Positions 51,165 to 62,886 of a DNA stretch of 64,000 nucleotides are shown here, piece after piece. A model generated the notes under the pieces. It searched no databases, was not told where the DNA came from, and worked only from the letters and a program-made list of their open reading frames with translations. Position 1 is the stretch's first letter, and every line of letters begins with the position of its first letter. The DNA comes from Novakomyces olei (Eukaryota). Both the position numbers and the translations under genes were made by a program. Location of the stretch: NCBI GenBank assembly GCA_016906335.1, contig JADEYG010000007.1:2356001-2420000 (forward strand). The letters are read 5' to 3'.

Positions 51165-52398
51165 CTAAGTAAGATCGGGCTCTTCGTTTATGTGGTTCTT
51201 TATTCTCAGTAACAATGTCGTTTTCCACTGGTCCAGCCTTGACAGCTGGTCGTACTGGAATACAACATCTGAAAACGCTTGTTGGTCTCCACCCTCAACA
51301 GCGTTGATCAGATCTTCGAAAAATTTCTGCTCACGGGTGCCCTTGAACGTCACATCCAAATCCATATACCGCTCAAGTGCTTGGCGCGCAGCTACAATAT
51401 CCTATATCGCGTGCATTAGTGGGAGTCGTTGATACAGATCCAATTTACCCCACCCGCCAGCTGGCATATACCAGCCCGCAGGAAATGCTCTTTTGTCGAA
51501 AATTTTGTTAACGCGTTGTTTATGCTCGATTTCGCGGCAGCTTCAAAATGTGTGATAGCCCGAGGGTACTGCTCAGCAAGCGCGGCTAATTCTCCAGCCT
51601 TTAATGCCGCCTTTTTCGAAAGACTAGCCAAGTAAGCACTTTAAACAAATTGAAAGAGAAAAAAATTGAAACAAATTGAAACGGAAAAAATTAGTTGAAA
51701 ACCAAAAGCGATCCGTGCCAGTCCTGCTCGTAAACGGGACTGGCAGCAGTAAGTTATTCAGAGAGCGGCATATGGTAAAAGCCGGCGAACGGATAGAGAA
51801 AAGGAGTGCTGGTACCCGCAACGAGCGGCCGTAACTTACGCATCTGCCTGGTCGCTTTGGTACCAGTCAGCTGACTCTTCGTAGCTGTCGATAGCCTTTG
51901 GCAAATTGTTGAGCTGTGTCTCGAATATTGCCCCCAGATCGCTCATATAATTGGCTCCGCGACGAAGGTTTCCCTTTTGTACAAATAATTGAATCGCTTC
52001 CTGCAGAACTCTAGCCGCGTCTGCCAACGGTTAAAACTGTGGAAAATCAAGTATATTGATACCCTCAGGATAGTCTTGTTTGTAGCACTTGAAGGCTTCA
52101 ACAAGCGTATTTGGAACGTAATCTTTCTCATCCGTCTTCATCTGCACTGAGGCCGCACGCTCAAACGCGTTTCCCGCCTCTTTCGAGCGCTTTCGGAGCC
52201 GATAAGCATTTGCTGCTTGTGTGTAAAGATCTACTGCGTCTTCATAGTTGTTTGTGCCCGACCAGAACGCGAAGCCGCTACGGCCAGAGGCCTTCTTGTT
52301 TGCCTTGGCGAATTAGCGCTCAAACTTCCACAAGGCAGGCAACCATAAATCTAGTGCAAAAATCATACCTTTGCAAGTAAACTGTCGGGATCCTCCAT
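51165..52398 (-). CDS. SEC17: Alpha-SNAP Sec17, 5 exons
   Basis: YEDAVDLYTQAANAYR, EAGNAFE, YEESADWY, YDQLSRLDQWKTTLLLRIK, EEPDLT. Confidence 0.95.
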
Positions 52399-52955
52399 AC
52401 TCTCTCGCCAATCAACAATCTCGTCTTTTTTCGATGCAAAGAGCCGTGTATTGCGATGCTGTCACCACCCGTCGTTGGAGCCTGCCAGCCTTATAAGGGT
52501 TTTCGCGAGACGCTAAATCTGCGCGATTTCCCTATCATATACTGTTAGGTTATACACGCTACATCCATAGGGTTAGTTAGGGTAAAGGGGAAATTTAGGT
52601 ACATAGTTATATGGATTATACGTATGTATATTATACGTACATAAAGTAAACAGAAAACCCTGATCAATGGGTTATACACAGGTCTGATATACTAAATCTA
52701 ACCAAGCTTGAACAAACTGCTAACGTAAACCGCAGCGTATCTATATTATGCGTTGCTTATTTCTTACTAGTTTGATTTATTCAATAGCTTATTCAATAGC
52801 TTTAAAAAGACGACAGTTCAAAGGTATACAGTGCCAATCTTGTGTGAGCCGATATAATTACTATATATAAAATGACGGCAATTAGTAGTCTTGTCAATCC
52901 TTTCTAAGCGATTGTGTATCGTAAACCCGACAGTGCCGAGTCTGCGCACAAACGT

Positions 52956-55587
52956 CTAGTCCTGGCATTCATATGCGATTCTCGGATACTCTCTCTTGTA
53001 AAGACTCATGCCGATCGTGTCCTGTACTTTTAACTTGCCGTCAAATGTCGCCTTAAAGTAGCCGTGCTGCCCGAGGGATTCGCGAATGTATCCCGTGCGT
53101 CCGTATTTTGTAAAAAGCGGGATCGCCTTGAACCATCGCACATCTTCCGGGTTGAAAAACATGAAGCGTACTGTAACCAGCTTTTTATGAATTTTAAAGG
53201 GGTGCCCAGTTAAAACTGCACGTTTAGCAATAATTCTTTCTGGATCTGCATTCATAAAAGAACCCTGTGCAACCAGGTCTAGGGAGCCGTCGTCTTGGCG
53301 CTTGAACACTACGCAAGGTACATTGCCGAAAAATACGGGACAAATTATGCTCATTACAGAGACACCACTTAGTCGCAGGAATCTGTCAAACTTTGTAACA
53401 TTGTTGGAGCTGGAAGCTTCTAAAGGAGCAGAAAATAAAGGATTTATTTTCATAATCCTCGGACCAACGTGGAGAATAAGCTCGTCTTTTGATTTGACTG
53501 GCTCCGTAAATTCGGAATGGGGCGTTATAAAGAAATGTGAAACAGTATTCTTGCCTTCATACGGCAATAGCGAATACAGAATGAATAGTCCCGATTTTTT
53601 GTAAAGTGATAGAACCTGATTTCCGTCAGATGTCGACAAGTGCACCGCCACTCGCGACCCACGCTAATTTAATGTTAGTACTTTGACTGCCAACAGCATC
53701 CTTATAATCAACAATAATTATAACTATTCAAAACTCACCGCTGCTCCATTAACATTTATACGCTTAAGACTCCGGTTTTTTGCGTTTGCGTAATTCTCAA
53801 ACCTTAGCAACGAAGGCCACTCTTTCGGAGTGTTCTCCTCCACTTCATGTGCATCCCAATTACTCGTCCGAATATTTTTCAGTCCTCTATATTTTCGGAG
53901 TCGTTCGCGGGCAGCTTCGTTTGAACCGAGTTCGATTTCATCAGGGAACTCATAATCATCAGTACTGTCCCTCTGCTTGCTCTTGTACGCTTCGTACTGC
54001 CTTCGCTCCTCGTCGGCGGAAAAGTCCACGTGCATATCCTCCTGGTATTCCGAACGAAGATCGGATCCATCATCACTATTCTCGTCCATGTCAATAGCAT
54101 CAGAGCCCTTATCGTCTTCACCATTAGCCGATTCTTGCTGTGCCTGGTGCTCCAAATCTACTAGCTCTGTATCGCTTTCCTCCAGGTCTGTTCCCTCGTC
54201 TGGTATCCAGGAAGCTTGGTATGCTGAAGTTCCTTTAGGGACTTTACGGATATGCGCATCATTGCTTTCCTGTTCATCGTCACTAAAATAATAATGATCA
54301 TCCAATCGGGCGCCTTTAGGCTGCAGTCCGGGGTCCTCATCGTTCGTCTCCATTTCTTCATCCGCCGCATTGCTCCAGGGAGATATGTCGTCCTGCTCAT
54401 TTGTTGGAAAGATGCTGCTGCGTGAGCTTTGGTCTTCATTGATACTCTGATCTTTATCATTTCCCATTTTTTTACTGCTTCCATTAACAGATTTGCCCAC
54501 AATGTCTATCCTGCCCACACTGAAATCTCCGACGCCTGTGATGTGTGCCGTCCGGTCGGGGTCGAAGTTAGAACCGCGCACAATTCCCGTGACGCAAACA
54601 CCTCCTGAAGCATCCAATGCTACGTCATCAGCAACAATGTATGATCGAGTATCCCGCCAATGGATGCCTTGAGGATAAGAAGTGCCAAGGTACCGGACGA
54701 CATTCAATGCCTCTGCTTCAAAATTCGTGGCGTGTATTTTTTCAAACTTTGGGAAGAAAAATTGCATAAAGCTGAGAAGACTTTTCTTAACTTCTCCTCT
54801 CCGTTTAATTGGTTCAATGTGATCTAAATTGTGAACTGATGCTATTACTGAGGAGACGCCCTGACTCTGAATAGAGCGAATTGTCAGTTCGCCAAGCTCA
54901 TCGACCTCTTCGGTTGCTGAGAGGTTGAATATAACATAATCAGAGGCCTTTGCACTCTCTATCATATCGCGAAACTGCCGCGGCGGTGTCAAATACTGGA
55001 CGCGCTGCTTGAATCGAGATACCCTTGTAATTAGCAACTGATACAAAATGAGGAGTAGTAAAGATTTTTCCAAGAAGCCAGCCACATAGAAATAAAAGTC
55101 TTGTGAGGAAATAACTTGGCAATTTGTTTAAACAAGCAAATAGGACAGCATTAGCACCTGGCAAATACACTTACTCCACACGGTGGACAATACTGGTCTC
55201 ATTCAGAGCCTGATCAGCGCCAATGCTCTTGTTCAAGCGGCCCACAAGTTTGAGCGACGAGGCATCTGAAGTGAGTGGTATAATAGCGACAATCTTGGGC
55301 GCTCCATTGTGCCCTTCAAAGAACCGATTTGCTGATACCGTTTGTGCGCGCTTGTTTTGCTGTATCTGCTTTGCATGGTTGCGCCGATCTACCTTTGACT
55401 GGTGCACCGCTGTTCGTGAATGTGCTTTAACACCTTCGATTTTTCCTTTTTGTTAGTACATTTTCATACATTTTTTAGGCAGCGTACCTTTATTTTGTTC
55501 CCTAATCGCCGATTTAGATGCATGCTTAGATTTAAAGGGTTTTTGTGATCGAGTACTCGTCCTGTGATGATGACCCTCGCCGGCCAT
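52956..55587 (-). CDS. TSR1: Pre-40S maturation factor Tsr1, 4 exons
   Basis: KPFKSKHASK, KVPKGTSAYQASWI, FPDEIEL, ARERLRKYRGLK, LTGHPFKIHKK.VTVRFMFFN, GYIRESLGQHGYFK. Confidence 0.95.
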
Positions 55588-55844
55588 TCTGACGGATCGA
55601 GTCAACGTCTCCAAACGATTGAGCAAAAACTACGTTTATATAAATAATTTTTTCTCTAATTTAGTATTTCTATTTTCACTTCAATAGGTCATTACGTCTT
55701 TATCTACGCATTCTCTCAATGCTTTAAATTATGATTTTAATTATGATTGTTAATTTTTTTTATTTCCAATTTTTTTTTTTTAATTTTAATATATAGCAGG
55801 GCACATGATCTACACATAGACAACGTCAAACATAGTCCTGCATC

Positions 55845-57494
55845 ATGTCGTTCTTACCGGCAGAACAGCAGAGATCGGCCGCTAACGGTGCCAGGCCGTT
55901 GCGTATAAAGGTGTGTTTTACATTGCATAGAAACGTCTCTATTTTATTCCTGTTTCTGCCCGAGTTTTAGTAACAAAAAGGCCCTGGACTAATGCTGACC
56001 AAACAGAGCATCAAGGATAAAAAGCTGCGTACAAATTTGAAAAAAACACAACGGACGAATCGCGAGGCCGCTGAAGCGCGCCAGGCCTCCGCGATTTTAA
56101 ATACACAGGACCAAGGCTTTTTGGAAGCAGAGGGTCTGGAAAAAACGTACAAATTTTCGCAAGATGAATTAAAGAAGGCCGTTGATATCACAACTGCGCG
56201 TAAAGGCTTTTCGTTATCGCTTGATGCATTAGGCCCTTATTGCCTTGACTATACACGCAACGGCAAATTTCTACTCTTGGGTGGCAGAAAAGGCCATGTT
56301 GCTGCCTTTGACTGGAAGCAAGGCACACTCAACGCAGAGCTACAGCTGCGTGAAACTGTAAGGGACGTCAAATGGCTCCATAACGAAGGTTACTTTGCCG
56401 TTGCGCAAAAGAAATACGTATACATTTACGACAGATCTGGTCTGGAGCTTCATTGCCTCAAGCACCACATTGAAGTAAACGCTATGGACTTTCTCCCCTT
56501 TCATTACTTGCTGGCTACGATAGGAAACGCAGGGTATTTAAAGTACCAGGATACTTCCACGGGCCAGGTAGTTTCAGAGCATCGTACTCGTCTGGGCCCG
56601 TGCCACGTGTTGCGACAGAACCCTTACAATGCTGTTATCCATGCAGGACATGGGAATGGCAGTGTAACGCTGTGGTCACCTGCTAGTCCAGAGCCATTAG
56701 CAAAATTACTTCCCCATCGGGGTTCAGTAAGGGCTCTTGCCTTTGACAGGACTGGCCGGTACATGGCTAGTTCTGGCGCAGATTCGCAGGTCAAAATATG
56801 GGACGTTCGGGTTTTCAAAGAAGTACACGCTTATTATTCTCCTACACCAGCTGCCTCTCTCGACATTAGCGACACGGGCCTGCTGAGCGTTAGTTGGGGT
56901 CCACACGTTACAATTTGGAAGGATGCTTTAATGCAAAAGCAGCGAGATCCATACATGACTCAGCTTTTGCCTTCCCGGCAAATCCAAGATTCCCGATTTG
57001 CACCCTTTGAAGATGTATTAGGCGTGGGCCACGATGCCGGGTTTGATAGTTTGATCATACCTGGAGCTGGAGAGGCAAATTACGATGCTTATGAAGTAAA
57101 TCCATATGAAAACAAGAAACAAAGGCAGCAGACTGAGGTCCGTACTTTGCTGGAGAAGTTGCGACCAGAGATGATTGCATTGGATCCTACAGTGATTGGC
57201 ACACTTGACCGTGCTAGCGCCGATGTACGCAAGAAAGAAAGAGAGGAAGATAAATTTCCAGAGGAAAAATTTGTACCTAAGCCTAAAGCAAGAGGTAAAA
57301 ACTCGAGTTTACGAAGGTTTTTGCGCAAGAAATCTCGAAATGTTATTGACGAACGACGATTGCGTGTTGAGTCTGCTCTGACGCGTGAGAAGGAGATGCG
57401 GCAAAAGCATATGCGGTCGGTCAAGGGGCTTCCAGACCCTGAGCGTAAGCTTGGTGCTTCGTTGAGCAGGTTTGTAATGAAACCCTCACAATAG
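55845..57494 (+). CDS. UTP7: SSU processome WD40 protein Utp7, 2 exons
   Basis: [58 protein letters not shown]; intron ~55911-56007. Confidence 0.95.
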
Positions 57495-57634
57495 ACAGCC
57501 GTTTGATTTTATGTATACTTTTTGTAATGAATAGATTCGATACTTGCGTAGCGCTTTCTGCGCACTATGCATAGAATGAGCAGTAGGCCAGCAGGCATCA
57601 ATGAGTAAACGTGCAATCTTGTCAAATATGATAT

Positions 57635-57656
57635 TAACCCTAATCCTAACCCTAAC
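57635..57656. repeat. Interstitial telomere-like (TAACCC)n box upstream of the BIT61-like gene
   Basis: TAACCCTAATCCTAACCCTAAC. Confidence 0.8.
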
Positions 57657-57899
57657 AATCATTACAATCTATATACGGTTCACAGCCTATTATATAGTTA
57701 TTTTTAGAATATTGGGAAATTGCCATTGCCCTACAATACGGAGATAGGCGACGAGTCGACAAAGGACGCGCCGCAGGCTTACTGCTTGCAATTGCCGTTG
57801 ACGCGGCATAAAATGGCTTCAATGGCCGAATTTTCAGTGTCCTGTTGAATACAAAAACATTCATCGCGTGGAGAAGATCAGTATAAGCCAGCACAAACG

Positions 57900-59496
57900 A
57901 TGGCTACAGCACGGGCCAAGGATGGTGGTAATTGTATCTCTTCAAGGACCTGATCTTGCTGACGTTGCCAGCAGAAAAGCACCAGAGTAACGATGAAACT
58001 AAAAGTCTATCTGATGCAGCGATTACGCGGTACGCATCGGCTTCGTCCGCCCAATCTTCGTCGTTCTTGACTAAGCCATTGCCGACTTCGCCCGTAAGAA
58101 AAATGGTCCCCGCACGAAGCCGCAGTCTACCGCTGAGCCAGCATGCTTCTGGGAATACTACAGAAAAATCTAGAGACCTGAATCCCGCGGCACCAAAATG
58201 GCCCGTCAAGGATCACAAGGAAGCTTCACCAAACAAGCTGAAATTGTTCAATTTGACCACTAAATTATCGTCACAAAATTTACGAGAGAAATTGAGCTCA
58301 CCAGTATCCCCGACCGCGGCTTCTCGTCCGAGTACATCAAGCGCTGGCCCTTCTCTTTTTGAGCTAACCAGTACTTCACGGACAGTATCTCACGACTCTA
58401 ATGTTCGAAACCAGTCTAGTTTCAAAGGCAATAAAAATGAAAACAAGCCCGTCGTACTATCCTCATCACACTCGAATTCTATGCAGAGCACAACGGACGG
58501 GCCTAGTATGTATAATTTTGGTCCCCTTGGCCAGGCGTCCCCAGCAGTCGCCCATTTTCCTAATTTACACAAGTCGACTTCTGTTCTTGACTTGAAGCCG
58601 GGCTCTTTAAAGGAAATTGAAAAACAGCAACTCATTGAGGATGATGTTTGGTCTTTTATTGTATCTCATATTTTAAAATTGTTCAGAGGAGAAGGCCTGC
58701 GAATCGCTATCGAGGATCTGAATCAGGATGTTTTGTACGTTGCACTTAATTCCTTGAAGAGGACTATAAAGAAAAGCTGAAAATAAATAAAAAACGGAAA
58801 ACCAAACCAAGTAAAGCAGAATTAAATATCGACTATACAAAATTTATAATTTGCTAATAATACTCAGGACTTTTCTCTATTGTCTGGCGGGTGACAATCG
58901 TGTTGTAGATATATACAATAACATTGATGAACTGCTGGATATTGGCCTGGCTAGCTTTTTGACCAGCTTAGAATTGGCTACAGATGAAAATTTTATACAG
59001 AGATTTACAGAGGTTTGTATTTTTGTTCATGTAATATATATTTTGGAAATACATTAACAAGAATTTCTAGGTTTGGTCCTTCTTCTTTGTCTCTGTTATT
59101 AGTTACTTTGAAGCAGTATTCCTTCCCGTCACGACTGAAATATTTGACGATGGCGATTTATTAGGATCTTCAAATATCAAACAAATTCGGGAAAAGGTCT
59201 CAGGATTAGACAATATGCGGACGTTTGCCCTGCGTAAATTTCGTGACGTTATTTTACTTTCCAATGAGAGGCGGTTCCACAGGATTTTCTCGGATGCCGA
59301 GTTTGAAATCAGCCCTTCAATTGCGGTTGAGCTCATTCCTAAATTACTACAAGCAACGTCAATATTAGCATCAGTTCAGACGAGCGACGACAAAGAACAG
59401 GCCTGTAAACTTTTGGCACAGGATTTACGAGAAAATTTATGGGATGGGCGCGCTTTTGAACATTATCGCTTTTACAGCGGCCAAAAGGAAATGTGA
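57900..59496 (+). CDS. BIT61: HbrB-domain protein (Bit61/Protor-like TORC2 subunit), 4 exons
   Basis: DDVWSFIVSHILKLFRGEGLRIAIEDLNQ, RFTE|VWSFFF..VISYFEAVFLP, RTFALRKFRDVILL, LLQATSILASVQTSDD. Confidence 0.75.
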
Positions 59497-60150
59497 GTAT
59501 CAATGGGCCGGCCTCCGAGAATGTATGAGGGCGTTGTGAGATATGGTCTAGCCAAATCGATCGTGAAAGTCGTATACTGAGAGCCCATACTGCCGAGGCG
59601 CAGAATGGGAAATTAAAAACAGCAAAGCATATTGAAAAATTAGGGATGAACACAGAACCAAATCAGTGTTGAGAACGAATGGGGCAGAACGTTCGGGGCG
59701 CACAACGATGTAGCATTAAGCTCGGCATGAGATGGATTTTTTGAACGTGGCCAAATACCGTTTGCGATCAGGAACGAATTACACAGCACAATGCAACTAA
59801 ATTTGTACCTAAAGAAAGGAAGGGTTCACCGAATAACCGAATTTCGCTTCCATTGGAGACGGGCCGACGATATGTAACCAACAAGTAATATATGATAAAC
59901 TCGACGAGTACAAACCATGTAGCACGACACTAAACACACAAGGAAAATTTAATATGGGAAAGTATCAGGGACCAATTAGGATGCAGGCAGGATATATACC
60001 AAGTTTCAGTGCATTTTGGGTTCATTGGTTCCCTTGACCTCAAGGCATTGACCTTGTAGCGTTTAGGATCTCTGCGTTTATATTTACTGGCAGAAAGGCG
60101 CATAGGATGGCGACTTCAAGGACATAAATTTCACGATCGATCCTTGCCGT

Positions 60151-61326
60151 TTGTCTGTCGAAAAAAGAGGAGAAGAGCCATTCACCTGTCGTTACTTCTC
60201 TCTCACAAATTACCTCTCTCTAATCATGATTTTGGCGGATCTCTTCCGCAGATATTTGATTCTATGGAAAGGCTTTGCTGGCATAACTGCACCTTATCAA
60301 GTTTGCATGACGAGAAATGAAAGTGCCTCCTGCAATTTCCGTCAAGCACAGCTCAACTCAGTGTACGAAAGCTTGTCGCAGATGATTTTGAATGGAAGCT
60401 ACAAAGCTCTCGACGACCGTATGGGATTGAACATTGACTGCGCCGGGCTAACCCGGTCTGGTTCTCAAGAACGTCGGCTTGAAACGAGAGACATTTCAAA
60501 TTTGGCCTCCGTTGCGGAATTTGAGTCTTGGAATTCTCATACCAAAACTATAACGAAATATCCACGAGACATAGTTTTAAATTCTTTTAAAAAGCGCTCT
60601 GATCTCAGACTGGAAGTAATGGTGGACTGCACCATCTTGGGCGGAGAAGTTGACGAAGCTTTGTGGCTCAAAATCTACAAGGACGTATGGAAAGCCAGTG
60701 CTTTTTTGAACAAGGAGATCAAACTTAATCTCGTGGTAGACAATATCAGGTTTAGCCCTGAGCCGTGCGGAACAGGAAGTGAACTGTCATTTAACGTCGA
60801 GAATGCAAGTTATCGTCAACGACTTGACCTGTTCAATTTATACCAGCTGCGCCAGTTTATCGACGAAATACTGTTGGGGCCCAGGGCGTATGGCACCGTC
60901 CTGTGGCCAAGCAAGTTGCGTATTCTATATACACGGGCCACTGGAAACGAGAGCGGTTCTGCAGGAGTTGCTACGCTTGGAACAGTGTGCTTGCGGCAAC
61001 CGAGCCAGCTTTCAAATGGAAGGATTTTGGCAAATTCTATCGTTATTCCTTTCGATGACAGCGAAGAATCAGAAGCGAATAGGTGGGTTTGGCTTGCTCA
61101 CCATGTAATGCATACTCTTGGAATCTCTCATGACTGCGATAGGAATTGTGAATATAGTGATTGCTGTACGCATGCCGCTGGTAATTGTGTGGTAAGTGGG
61201 ACGTATTTAATGACGCACAACCTTGGAAACTTGAGTTCGGAAAACCTTTCACTTTCTTCGTGCAGTAAAGACAAGTACTGGGCCATTCAAAATTCAGGCT
61301 CGATCAAGAGATGCCTGAGAAGGTAA
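60151..61326 (+). CDS. Divergent reprolysin/ADAM (M12B)-like metalloprotease domain, possibly inactive; 5' and 3' ends uncertain
   Basis: VDCT, ILYT..SAGVATLGTVC, LAHHVMHTLGISHDC, CC..C..YLMT Met-turn, SSCS. Confidence 0.65.
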   Translation: MSVEKRGEEPFTCRYFSLTNYLSLIMILADLFRRYLILWKGFAGITAPYQVCMTRNESASCNFRQAQLNSVYESLSQMILNGSYKALDDRMGLNIDCAGLTRSGSQERRLETRDISNLASVAEFESWNSHTKTITKYPRDIVLNSFKKRSDLRLEVMVDCTILGGEVDEALWLKIYKDVWKASAFLNKEIKLNLVVDNIRFSPEPCGTGSELSFNVENASYRQRLDLFNLYQLRQFIDEILLGPRAYGTVLWPSKLRILYTRATGNESGSAGVATLGTVCLRQPSQLSNGRILANSIVIPFDDSEESEANRWVWLAHHVMHTLGISHDCDRNCEYSDCCTHAAGNCVVSGTYLMTHNLGNLSSENLSLSSCSKDKYWAIQNSGSIKRCLRR

Positions 61327-61916
61327 TCTATTTGATTTTGGCGTTACATATATGGGAACAATAGCCATGTGCTTGTCGGAATCACTTTCTAATGGACCGT
61401 TTTTGTGCGGATAGGTATTATCGGCAAGGAAGTCGTGTGGATTAACTCCAATGGTCAAGATTTACGTTTCAGGCTCGTCTAAACAGGCCAGTAATGGATA
61501 CACAGTTCAAAGCACGATTATTATCTTGATTGACCATAATTTATACATCGTTTATCATAATTTTTAAATTTTGTTGATGCTGATAAATGTCTCTTCAACG
61601 CAGCTATATTAGTCTGTCTGGCTAGAGTTTTCTATATCATTGAATGAATAAATAGTTACGAGTTTTGAGTGTATGTATGTGTGCTAAATCCAATATAAGG
61701 GACCATATTTATAGTTTATTCCAACAATAATTAATACATTGCTTATCATAATTACATATAGTACTCACTATTCAGATGAATATAATACACACATCAAATA
61801 GGTGGAGTGCTCACAACAGATATAATATCAATTATTGCGAAGTATAAAAATAAACAATTCAGCGTCTGGTTGTGATCGCCAAAGGCTGCCGCCAAATATT
61901 TGACGGGCGTATTACA

Positions 61917-62668
61917 ATGGCAGACGAATCGGCCGCCGAAGCCGTCGCCGAGAACCAAGAGGGCATAAGAATGCGAAAATTGCGTCAGGTACTTGAAAAG
62001 TCGGTTGAAGCAACGGTAAAAACCGTGTCCAAAGACAAATTTGCTTCCTGCTTTCCAGGCTTAAAAGCAACCGATCCTGCAATCCTGGATAGTGCATGCT
62101 CCCAGATCATGACATATTGGAGTAGCGCTTGCAATGTAAGAAAGAATTCTAGAGACGAAAGAGGCTAGAGAAGATTGGGCTTTATGATCTAATCTTATGG
62201 CAGAATACGTTTAATGAAATCATGCGCGAGAAAGACATGGCTACAAAGCTAAAGAATTTTGATGATATTTTGGATACAGCCAAACGAGAATCGCAAACCG
62301 ATCAGGTGTGCATGAAAACGTATGCTTTATTTCATTCGTGGACAGCCCACTAACGATAAAGGCCGTCAAGCATGCCTCCAGACGATATTGTTAGATCACA
62401 TTTGTACCCGTCAAAGCTTCGCGAACTACAAAAGCTGTGTAGAGAGCTGGAAGAGCTCGGTAGAGTCAATGCAGCTTTAGCGGTGGAATTGCAAGAGCAA
62501 TCAAGCTTAAACGACTCTGCGACGGCGCAAGTACAAAAAGTACTGGAAGATTTGGAGCAGGTGAGTTGCATGAGTAATGAGAAAGGCTAACAAATCAAGG
62601 CAGTGCAAAGTGCCGCATCACTACCAACGTCCAATCTGGAAACATTGGCCGGTATGAGCCGCGATTGA
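61917..62668 (+). CDS. NNF1: Kinetochore MIND/Mis12 complex subunit Nnf1, 4 exons
   Basis: RMRKLRQVLEKSVEATVK..KFASCFP, FNEIMREKDMATKLKNFDDIL, PDDIVRSHL, C-terminal coiled coil. Confidence 0.8.
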
Positions 62669-62794
62669 TGTGCCTCGCGCATGTTGCCAGTGCTTGCACA
62701 CAAGCTTACTTAAAAAAACGCGTAACAAGATTACTTGTCAAAAATACTTGACAGCGTTTAAGATTACTTGCCTTCCGTACCGATATTCTGGGGT

Positions 62795-62804
62795 AACAAA
62801 GAAA
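62795..62804 (-). promoter_or_regulatory. TR box (TTTCTTTGTT), Ste11-type HMG site upstream of PRM1
   Basis: AACAAAGAAA on +, about 83 nt before the ATG. Confidence 0.6.
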
Positions 62805-62886
62805 CAGAGACGCTGTACCTATTGCGCGACAATTCATTGTCTTTTGAGCAAAGGCAAAAGGGTTAAATACGGCGGCGATTGCACAC

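Noticed and set aside
51760-51800. U5 snRNA-like GGCTTTTACC loop in the SEC17 intron
   Set aside because: One mismatch to the invariant GCCUUUUAC loop, and the flanks do not form the U5 stem; no hammerhead or TPP riboswitch core either
59493-59671. Extra BIT61 3' exon through a GTGAGT...TAG intron overlapping the stop codon
   Set aside because: It is in frame but has no convincing branch point and no recognisable homology
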